In this document: positions 12,553 through 22,970 of the stretch, piece after piece
How the letters are laid out: every line of letters begins with the position of its first letter
How positions within the stretch are numbered: the stretch's first letter is position 1
NCBI GenBank assembly: GCA_030324005.1
Contig: JARDVH010000149.1
Coordinates: 18,536,955 to 18,600,954, forward strand
Direction of reading: 5' to 3'
DNA length: 64,000 bases
Source: Negaprion brevirostris
Taxonomy: Eukaryota
The notes under the pieces: model-generated
Databases searched by the model: none
What the model was told of the DNA's origin: nothing
Seen by the model: only the letters and a program-made list of their open reading frames with translations
Translations under genes and position numbers: made by a program

Positions 12553-12955
12553 GTGAGCTTGGTTCATTTGGTAACAAGCTCTCTTACCTCAGTCAGAAGG
12601 TTGTGGGTTCATGCTCCACTTAAGATTTGAGCACTTAACATGGGCTGTTATTCGAGTATGATACTGAGGGACTGCTGCGTTGGGAAACAGGTGCCATCTT
12701 TCAAATGAAACATGCCATCAAGACCCCAATCTGTCTGCTTAAGTGGACATAAAACATCCTATGGGCACTATTCAGAGAAGAGCACAAAGTTCTCTTGATG
12801 TCTTGACCAATGTTCCTCCTTTGTCCAAAAGCATTTTAAAAAATCTAGTCGTTGATTCATTTGCTGCTTGTGGTAACTTTCCATCCACTAATTGGCTACC
12901 ACTTTTACCCATCTAAGAACAGTGACTACAGTTCAGAATCTGATGAGTTGCTATA
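12553..12955 (+). mobile_element. Deu-domain SINE (DeuSINE superfamily), near full length, degenerate
   Basis: tRNA-like head (tcagaaggttgtgggttcatgctccac), Deu core ggtgccatctttcaaatgaaac..gtggacataaaacatcctatgggcactattcagagaagagca, and tail acagtgactacagttcag. Confidence 0.75.
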
Positions 12956-14177
12956 CAAGTCTTAAATTCATTCATTCTTTGAATATTATACAAGCATATT
13001 CAATAGTTTTTACTGTCAGTTATATGAAAATTAGGCCAGCACATGTAGCCATAAAGACTGAAACACTATTGATCACATTGAAAGCCTAAAATTCTGAAAA
13101 CTAATTACACGTTAAAATTCACTGAAGTGTTGTAAAGTATTTTACAGTGTTGTCTCTCTCGCTAATGATTTATGCAGCTGCTGTTTTTGTGAATGTGCAT
13201 TTTCACTTCAGATTTACATAAACTATAATTTGACCCCAATGTTTGAACATTAATGCTTAATGCAAAATACTTGCCGACTCTCCAAACTATTTGGTCAGTG
13301 TTTGTCATTCTTATGTTCAGAAAAATAATCATAAATGTGAACTTGGAAGAGCCAAATCCAAATAAATCTGAGCACTTTTAAATAGCCGTATGTAATTGAA
13401 AGCAATAGCTAATTTCAGTCCACCATTAGAAAGCTATTTGTGTTTAAGGTTGAGAAAAATTAGTTCAACTTTCAAGTTGATACCAAAGCAAGTATGAGTA
13501 CATTTCTTCATGAGATTTGACAAGTCACAAGTAACAATAAATATATAGTTCAAACCTGATCGTAAGTTTTGTACATTCAAAACTTATGTACTTCAACAAA
13601 TGTGGCCTCTGAGTTTGGGTGATATCTTTTCAACGTTGGCATTTTCTTACTACCTTCATTTTAAGTGTTCCAATGTATTCACATGATCTATGTTAAGAGA
13701 AATGGCTTTTGTATTGCCTGAATATACAAGATCATCATGAAACCACAGTTACCTACAATTTATTAAGAATTTGATACGATCATTTGATTTTATATTACAC
13801 TTATTTTGGGGGGGGGGCGGTGGGGTGCACTGTGACTATTTTATTTGTCTCTATGACTCTCTTGTACTAACTGGAGACCCAGTTAGATTCAGCTAAATAG
13901 AGCAGCATCTATTTAAGTGCCCCTAAAATGCAGAACACTATTTTGAAGAGTACAGTATCCAATCCAGATACTTTTATCATTTTTATTTATTTATTTGGTG
14001 GTCCAGAAATTCCCTGTATATTCAAAATTCACTTCATATGCTGCAAAAAAAAACTTGAGTTTTAGAAGGCTTAAGAGAGCACTTTGTATTCACTCCATTA
14101 AGATTTATAAAGTGTGTCAAATGGTTGATATAAAATCACTTACACAGCCCACTGGTTTATATCCCACTGACTCACAG

Positions 14178-14315
14178 GTATCTCGGGAGAAAAGGTGGAG
14201 ATAGACCCTGTTACTAATCAGAAGGCCAGCACCAAGTTCTGGATTAAACAGAAACCCATTTCAATTGATTCTGATCTACTCTGCGCTTGTGACCTTGTGG
14301 AAGAGAAGAGTCCAA
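14178..14315 (+). CDS. MAPKAP1: MAPKAP1/SIN1 internal coding exon (138 nt, phase 1-1), PH domain
   Basis: cacAG acceptor at 14176-14177; donor GTatgt at 14316. Translates [46 protein letters not shown], near-identical to recalled human SIN1 and in frame with the previous exon. Confidence 0.96.
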
Positions 14316-15109
14316 GTATGTAGTACTACATTTATGCGGTCTATCTCTGTGCTGTTGTGTGAGTGAGTGCATACACTCAAATAGAAAAATTAGAGCTTCG
14401 TATTGTCCACAGGTTTAATATTAGATAAGACAGTGGTGCCTGTGATACATTTTTTTATCCTTTAGGTTGCTAACTGCATATCTGTATTATGTTACTGAAA
14501 TCAATTTCTAAATTTTCAGCCGTCTAAAGGTTGAACAACATTTTGTCACACTCTGTGCAATGGTGCCCTGTTAATCCATCAGAATTTACTGGTGATAAAG
14601 CTGGTCAAATTTGTTAAGTTGAGAATTTAATATGATCTGCCACTACCAATCAGTTATTGGTGTTCTAATGTCAGTCAGACTTTTATATATCAAACAGCTA
14701 CTTTATTTTTATTTCAGGACATGCTGCAGAATTATTTATAAAACAGGCTTCTAATGTAGGAATAAATCGTTTTATCAGAAATATTTTAATTTATGTATAG
14801 ATATTTAACTTGACAAGTATTGCTTTTGCAGATTTTGTTAAAGCTGCTCAAAGGATAAGATACATTCATATATTGATTCTGATTTTTTTTTTGTCCATCA
14901 TCTAAACTAACTTCAAAAGGTTCTGCATTATTCAATGTGACAATTGGATATTATTGTTGATTTTAAACTCTACAACATTAGGATTTTTTATTTTATACAG
15001 AACAGTGTACAAATAGAACTCTAGAACAGGAAAGCAAAGGTTGCATTCTTGTGAGAATTAAGATTTAAAATTATAAAACATAGTTGTTTTACTTACGGAT
15101 TCACATCCT

Positions 15110-15390
15110 TTCACAGCACCCGGAACGTGAGTTTGATTCCCAGCTTGGGTCACTGTCTGTGCAGACTCTGCACATTCTCCCAGTGTCTGCTTAGGTTTCC
15201 TCCGGTGCTCTGGTTTCCTCCTACAGTCCAAAAGATGTGCTGGTTAGGTGCATTGGCCATGCTAAATTTTCCTTCAGTGTACCAGAACAGGCGCCAGAGT
15301 GTGGTGACTAGGGGATTTTCACAATAACTTAATTGCACTGTTAATGTAAACCTACGTGTGACACTAATAAATAAACTTTAAAAACTTTAA
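15110..15390 (+). mobile_element. V-SINE with alternative (non-CR1) 3' tail
   Basis: Same head and V-domain as the HE1 copies, but the tail is cagtgtaccagaacaggcgccagagtgtggtgactaggggattttcacaataacttaattgcactgttaatgtaaacctacgtgtgacactaataaataaacttta. Confidence 0.85.
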
Positions 15391-16275
15391 ACTTCTGCAA
15401 GAACTCCAGCTTGCTACCCAAGAGGTTGTGTTATCTACCACTTCACAAATAGTTTTACAGGGATAGTCATTTTTTGGAAGTTAGTTCACTGTCTTAAGAT
15501 TCACTGAAGAGTAATAGCCTCATTTTCTATTTTTTTAAAGATAGGTGGTAATGTAAAATAATTTCTAAATGCAGAAAATGCAGAGTATGTTTACTGAGAT
15601 ATTTGAAAAGAAAAACTTGCACTTTAATAGTATGTGCCTCAAAAACAAAATATTTTCTGTGTGTTGAATTATTGTGAAGTGCAGTGACTGTTAAATTTGG
15701 CTGTTACTTTTGCACAAAGCATTCCTCCAATAACATTAATTTGAAATGGTGGATCTGTTTTTGGAGGGAGTTTTTTTCATAGGGCAGTAGGGGGGAAAGA
15801 AAATGAGCCAGGCACTAAAACTTCTCTTAATGTGATAGACTGGCAGAGTTTTGGGAAGAGAATTCCAAAGCATAGATATCAGATGAATGGAAGAGTTTTT
15901 TGATTCTTAAAACTCACCTCTTCAAAATAATTTTTGTCACTGATATGCAGAGTTTCTTCTTTGTCTTATCATTTTTTTGTAATTATATCTGAGAAGTTTC
16001 TTAGGACATGTTTCTCCATTAACCCGCATTCATATGGTTCCTTTAATGTGTTACTGTCCAAAATTACTTTTTGATTTAAATAATTAGTTGGTCGGAATTC
16101 TTCTACAACTGACAAAACACCACTAAATTAATGATGCATGTTATATGTTAAATATGTATTTATGACAAAAATGCTTCATGTTCAGTAGAATAATGTTGAA
16201 ATTCCCATGGGTGGTAAACTTATTTTTGTTGTTTGGTGGTATAGAACTTGAGTATTGCTTTAAAAAAAGGACATG

Positions 16276-16311
16276 CTGTTGAAGCTTTTCATCTTGTACT
16301 CATCAGGAAAG
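16276..16311 (-). ncRNA. Minimal hammerhead ribozyme remnant in left pLTR
   Basis: Reverse complement is ctttc-CTGATGA-gtacaagat-GAAA-agct-TC-aacag: catalytic core intact, stem I decayed. Confidence 0.6.
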
Positions 16312-17554
16312 ATTCTGTACTGTAAACCAATTGTAAGGGGAACAATAATTTATATTGCATGAAAAGGGACATGCTGCTTGGTTGGCAAGTGGACTTTGAT
16401 TAATAGAGATGTTGCCATGGAGAATGCACCAGGGAGCAGTTAATTGCCAAGCTTTTGTTTAAATTCAAACCAGGCTAGTTGACTTTGGTCAAGATCCTGT
16501 CAGGGTAATGAATCAGAAACGGCTGTACCCTAAGCTTTTGTTTAGTTGAAAAAGGCACAATGCATGGACATGCTCCTTCTGACTTATGGTCTTAAATTGG
16601 TTGTTAGTGGAATTCTTAGCACAATCAGGAATGTTTAGTTTGTGCTGTCCAATCACAGAATCACATCTAATTTTGGCCACTACATTTTGAATTTTACAAG
16701 TATGGGCTAGTTGAGTATGGCCAAGGTTTGTCTGTTGCATACAGCCGAAGGGACTAATTGTCAATACAATCCACCAGTAATTGGGAAGAAACAATCTGCA
16801 TGCCTGGCCTCGCACCAGCATTGAAATTCATATCCCAAATTCTCATTTGTTTGATGGGTAGAACGTCTTTTTTGCTTGATGGTAGCAAACTGTACTTAAG
16901 TCTGTGGTTGCTCATGCATTGTAGCAGCGTAAGATAGTTAGTTTCACTGTTGCTCTAATATTTGAGACTGACACCTTTTCCAGGGTAATTTGATGTAGAG
17001 TAGGCACTTTTCAGGATCAAAAGTGGTGGCCAATGTACAGTGAGCAATGATTGGATCAGGGCAGCCATTATCTAGTTGGATGGCTTTGACGTACTTTATT
17101 TCAGCACCAAGCTTTTACACTGAACGAATGGCTCAGGCCCTATTTACGAGGTTGCCAATAAGATCAATTTTACAGCACATGGAAGTATGTGATCCTCAAC
17201 ACGTCTGTTGACCACTGAAGTTCGCCTAAGGTAGACAGTATTAGAGAACTCATTAGAAGGTTTCTCAACTAGCACATCAAGGAAAGGGAGCTCATATGAC
17301 TTTGCCATATGCATCCACACATTGCGCCCTTTTCAAGTAAACAAAGGCTTGGGTGGACAACCATTTTTTAGTTCTTCCCCCGACAATGTCTTGATCAATC
17401 AAAGTTCACCTGCCTAGTTTGAATTTAAACAAAATTTAAATTATACCTTATCCATGGCAATGTCTCTGTCAATTAGACTCTACTTACCAACCAATCAGCA
17501 CTCTCTTCTCATGCAATATAAATTATTCCCTTTATAATTCATATTCTTGCGAAT

Positions 17555-17590
17555 CTGGCCTGATGAGTGCAAGATGAAAAGCTTCAATAG
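17555..17590 (+). ncRNA. Minimal hammerhead ribozyme remnant in right pLTR
   Basis: ctggc-CTGATGA(17560-17566)-gtgcaagat-GAAA-agct-TC-aatag, with palindromic AAGCTT stem III; stem I decayed. Confidence 0.6.
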
Positions 17591-20500
17591 CATGTCTCTC
17601 TTTTCAGCAAAAGCTCTTTTTAAGAACATTTTAATTACTTTCCTCTGCAGTTTATTATTCCAATTGGTTCCTTTTTTCTCTTGAAATCCTACTATTTGGC
17701 GCATCTCTCAGTATAGCATCAGCAATACTTTATTTTAAATTCAACTTCATAATGATTTGCCAATCCAACCAATAATTAAATAGCTTTTTAGATGCAGTAC
17801 ATTTGCAATGATACTTTGATTTAACCAATTAGCATCTTTTTTATTCCCCTAGTTTATGCATATGTACTGTTAAAAGCATTTGGTATTGTACCATTTGGAA
17901 ATGATAGGGAGTTCTCGCATGCTAATATATATGTCAAACCTTGATACTGGATGAAAGATTGCTTTGTTTCAGACTATTAAATGTAACAAAGACATTTCAG
18001 TTCCTTCTTTTGTGAGCGCTGCACTATACGGTTAAATCCCACTTGTCATTAATTGCATGCAGTACATCATGTGACCTTGATCTCTTCAAGAGTTATCATT
18101 CCATTGCTGCAGAGGGGCTTAACAGAATGTTAACCTGATAATGGGGACTGGGCCTTCCTAGTAGTGCCCCATCATATAGTTTCTATTGAGCGGTTCTGCT
18201 TGACTAGCTAAAGAAGGTGGCAAGAAGATTAATGATGGTAGGCTAATACAGGAGGGTGTACCTTTCCAAGACTTCCACCGCAGAGATATTAGAGCTGAAC
18301 CAGAGCTTGGCTTTTTCCTTAACCTGTGACCTTTAACCCTCCCTCACCGTTGAGATCTGTCACTGCAGCCGACGTTTTGATTGATGTTCCTACAAGAGTC
18401 GGTCTTTTTCATTGAATTTCACATCTGCACGAAAATAGCTTTTCTTGCAGAATTCATGCTGGCTGTTAGTGATAGCAAAATTGATGGCAGAAATGCTTTT
18501 ATGTAGTTTTCATTTAAAACCAAAGACACTTGACACATGCTAATGTAGTGTTGTGCCCTCCAGTGCACCTTTCCTATATTTACTCCATTCAGTGTAATTA
18601 ATGCCTAGAATCTTGCTGTAATGTGGATTGCACTGGAAACAAACTTTAAAAGAAGGTATTTTTAATTCATTTAATATACGCTTAGTTTACTGACTTCCCA
18701 CTAACACTGGCCTCTTCTGTGACTTATTACATATGAGCAGTGAGTTCAAAAAATATCAGTACGATGCTAATGTTTTATTTTACAAAGTATCTAGCAGTAC
18801 AAGTACCCTCAACGTTTTTGGTAGAACTACTGAGAAAACTGTTTTTAAAAATAACTTATGATCATTCCTAAAGTGCTGGTATGGATTCATTACAAAGCAG
18901 CAAGTGCCAGCTTGGTATAGGTCCAGTTTTTAATACATTTGGACTACTTGGGATGCTTTCACAGTTGTCAGACAAGATAATCTATACTTGAGCCCTGGTG
19001 CCAATTTGTTGTTTTTGGCAAGATGCAAAAGCCACATGCAAATTTTTCTGTTAATGCATTTTCCCTACTTGGTGCTACTTAATCCATGTTGGATTGAATG
19101 CAGGAGAAGAACAGCTGCAACTGGTGATATGTAAGTAAAAACATCTTGCCCATTCCCTCGGTGTATTTTTTCCAATGATGTAGCACTACTGTTGGAACAA
19201 TTTACGCAAAAGTATATATTTTTCCTTTGTCGTAATTTGGATATAGTAATCATTTCTGTTATGGGCACAAGCCTGTGTTGAATAATGGACTTGATGTTGT
19301 GGAGAACTGTCCTTCCCCATTATTACTGCTACCCATATAATTTGACTAGGCAGTGTTAGTTAGCATCGACATTATTTTAACTCCTTGTTGCATCTGTACA
19401 AGTCTAGGTCTGTGCTGGCACTGATTCATAAGATTTTTTTTTCTGGTCCTAGTGTCAGGGCTTCAGTTCAGTTCACTTTTCTGATTGACTGGTCAGGAAG
19501 TTCTATCTGATGTGTTCCATTACACACCCTGGCCAATTAGAAATGATGCTGCCAATAGATACTTAATCTGAGCTTTTCTGGTATGTTTAATAATTCATTA
19601 AAAGGTGCTAGGAATATTTCATTCAGTTTTTCTGTAATTCACTGGATGGAATGGGGTGGGTGGGGCTGCGGTGTTAGAAGTAGTGACCCAAATATGTCTT
19701 TTGCACCCTCAAAAAGGCTGAGCGAGAAATAGAGCCCCAGGAACAGGCCACCTCCCTGTTGTCAATTTGCAAGCACGTGAGGGAAGAAAGAAATCTAAAT
19801 AACAAAAAAATCAATTCTGGAGAAATTATCGTTTGTACTCATTTTCCTTTCACTTTATTTTCTATTCTTCCTCTTTACTCAAAAGCCATTCTTGTGATTA
19901 TTCAAATTGTATTCCACAAAGAAAAGTCATCATTGAAACAATTTAACCATGTAAGTTCCAATCTTTTGAGAAATGTAGCTTTTAAAATGAGAATCGGGTT
20001 TCAGTCTAATTTCTTCGACTCACTGCAGAAATTGCATCTGGAGTAATCCTGTTTGATTTGTATGTTTGTTTCCCCTTCAAAAGCACCAGTGAAGATTCTG
20101 ACCATGTTAAAATTCACCCAACTTATTCAAAACCTAAGTGAGATTGCAGCAAGCACCAGTAATACTACCAATTCAAAATATAACAAATAATCATGATGTA
20201 TATTGCCTTATTCTTGTAACAAATACTATTTCATTACCTATTAAAAAGGGTCTTATATCCTGTCAAAGCTGGTCTGCCAGGGTTTTTTACTTTAATTACA
20301 CTATCCAATTAAAACTCATTGCAACATTTTGATTTTCTTCTCCTTGGGCTTGAGTGGAGATGACATTTACAAGCCTTGGCTTTCAAGTAGACAATAGTGT
20401 GATTGATGAGCTGCAGAAGGGAAGAAGGAGGCGATTGCCATGTGGAAGCACTGCTTAGTGCACTTTGATTTATTTATCATCTGTTCCTAAAACAAGACTG

Positions 20501-21654
20501 GTGAGGTGATGGTGGTGGTGGCAGTGGGGTGTACTGTGATTTACAAGGTGCATTGCAATGCATTCCAAAAGGGCTCAGTTGGCAGAGGGGGAAATCTGTA
20601 AGATGGGGAAAAGGATGTGGGAGTCTGCAGAAAAGAGTTTAGCCCTTGCACAGCTAGTCACTGCAGTTGCTGCCATTTAACCAATGTATTAATAACGAGC
20701 TTTATGTCAGTTTGGCACAGACTAGAGCAGTCTTTTCTGTTCCTGATATGGATCCCATAATCTTGGTGTGAATTAGTCTAGTTGGATGAGACAATTCCAA
20801 TTAATTTGCACATTTAAAACCCTATGTCATCCTCCTAGTGATGGCTGATTTGACATATTATAAAAATAGCAGCATATTATGGTTAAGCCATCTTTTCTAC
20901 TACTTTCTACTCAATACCAGATCTATTTTATGAACGTTTTTTGTCAATGCAACACCATTGCAGCTCATACCTTGTCGCATCAAGGGTGTTTAATGACAAG
21001 TTAAATGTATCACTGTCAGCAAGATACTGGGATTTGAAGCATCCGAAACTGTTGTTCTGTTCTACTTTTCAATGTGTTGAAATATACTGGCTGAGTAAAA
21101 CACAATTTAGAAACTAGTTCCATTCTGATTTGGAAAGATAATCAAAAATTACCTGAAAGGTTTGCAGTTCTGAATGGAATTCTGATGTTTGTTACTATCA
21201 ATGCATAACATTTCTACCCATGCTCCATGTTATTGATACTTCCCAATGCCAAAACAAAATGTAAACAATCTCAGTTGTGTAACTATTTTTGAATAAAGGG
21301 CATATTTTGGGTTTGCTCTTTCAGTGTAACCTACATTTTTATATCCTGTTTCTATATTAGTATCCCTGTATTTTAAAATATTTTATGCTTGAAAAAGTTT
21401 GTTTTTCATGCAGATATTTCAGTATGTTGATGAACTTGATCTGTATCTGCCTGTTTTCCTAGCCCACAAAATATACTTCTAATCCATTTTCTGAATGCAT
21501 GCATCCCAAATGTCATTCATTCTTCATTTTATCTAATCCTCCCCGATCAGTACTTTTCCAGCTTCTCATTTATCAAGCATTCTCTGTTTTCACTTCCTTA
21601 TATTGAACCTTTCCCTCAACTCTTCACTAGAAGCAACCAAAATTGCACAATAAT

Positions 21655-21855
21655 ACAAAAACAAAATATCTGAAATAACCAAAAATGCTAGAAATACTCA
21701 GGTCTGAACAGTATCTGTGGAGAAACATTTCAAATCAAATATGACTCTTCAGAACATTTTGAAAGCTCATTTTTGACTCAAAGTGCTAACTCTCTATCTT
21801 GCTCTGCATATGCTACCAGACTTGCTGAATATTTTCAGCCTTTTCTGTTCTTATG
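21655..21855. mobile_element. Short Penelope-derived inverted-repeat element (pLTR hairpin)
   Basis: aaaatgctagaaatactcaggtctgaacagtatctgtggag..atgactcttcagaac faces ..tgcatatgctaccagacttgctgaatattttcagccttttctgt as an imperfect inverted pair. Confidence 0.55.
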
Positions 21856-22224
21856 GAAATGAAAGAAAAACATTACAGCCCAGGTAGCATCTTTGGAGAG
21901 ATACAGTTACATAATACATTTCCTTTCTTAAGTTTTTAATGCTCTCCCACCGGTAATTTTGCTATTGCATTTTAATATTACTGCTGCTTGTAAAAATATA
22001 CATAACTTTTAAAGTGGATGCTGCCAACAAATGTAAAAATAATCAGTAAGTATTTTTAAAAGATTACTCCATGCATGGGAACGTTAAAGTTATTGATCTT
22101 CTGACAGTATCAGTTCGGCTGAGCTCTGGTTTGGGTGATGTTGTTTTAATTTGGTCAGGAGAAAAGAGTGCCAAATAAAAATCTAAGTTTTAACTTTTTT
22201 TGTAGTTGTCCATATCAAAATCGG

Positions 22225-22355
22225 TTCTGTAGAAGAACCATTTAGACTTGAAACATTAACACTGCTCCTCAAATGCTGCCAGACTAGCTTAGTTTATCCA
22301 GCATTTTATGCTTTTATTTTGGATATTTAGCACCTGCGGTGTTTGCTTTTATTTA
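22225..22355 (+). mobile_element. Penelope-derived pLTR fragment with eroded hammerhead-like core
   Basis: ttctgtagaagaaccatttagacttgaaacattaac..atgctgccagactagcttagtttatccagcatttt..gcacctgcggtgtttgctttt, same family as the 21.7 kb element. Confidence 0.5.
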
Positions 22356-22689
22356 AATAATGTCTGTTATGCATCATTTTGCAATCTTGCTGCCATTTTA
22401 ACAAAATCTTAGCATATTTAAAGAAAAGAGTATGATAGTGCTATTACTCAAGCAAGCATGAACCTCCATATGCAGCAGCTTTAATTGTCCAGTCTGACTT
22501 TTCAAATTAATTCACTAATCTCAGTATTGTTCAGCCAGATAATAATTGCAGCCTTTAATTACACAACACGCTTTTATTAAAAAGAACTATCAGGCATTAC
22601 AGACTCTTGGAGATTTTCTTGTGAGTTGAATTTCCTCAGAAAACTTCCAACTCAAATTTCCTCAACACCCAAATTAGCAAATCCATTGC

Positions 22690-22970
22690 CTTGTGTACAC
22701 TGAATCATTCAGGCCAAGGAAGTCCCAAATTCAATCCCTGGTCAATCCTGATGTGGCTGATTTCATCCTGGTTAACAGTAGAGCTGCTGCAGTTTCCTTC
22801 TCGGCCAAAGGGAGAATTGGTCAAAGGTCCCACTCCTGGCCACAACCTAATAAACTCCTAAAGTGTGGGTCAATGCTGGGAATGGACTGAAGTGCCCTGT
22901 TTGCCCTACTTTGTTACATAACCAGGCAACACCCCTGTTTAGCCTCCCATTCGAAGGCAAGACATTGAGG
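22690..22970 (+). mobile_element. Probable old tRNA-derived SINE (unclassified)
   Basis: ccaaggaagtcccaaattcaatccctggtc has a B-box-like head; a related motif occurs near 740-800. Confidence 0.35.

Larger units (their letters stand above)
16250..17616 (-). mobile_element. Decayed Penelope-like retroelement (RT C-terminus + GIY-YIG endonuclease) with inverted pseudo-LTRs
   Basis: Minus strand reads ELPFLDVLVEKPSNEFSNTVY, CKIDLIGNLVNRA, DNGCPD, EKCLLYIKLPWK, KKDVLPIKQM, YEFQCWCEAR, CDSVIGQHKLNIPDCAKN, which are PLE RT-thumb and GIY-YIG motifs. Arms ~16250-16572 and ~17308-17616 are inverted copies of each other. Confidence 0.85.

Noticed and set aside
4623-14177. U12-type intron, suggested by the short branch-to-AG distance
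   Set aside because: The donor is GTTATT, not GTATCCTT, and there is no TTCCTTAAC branch site.
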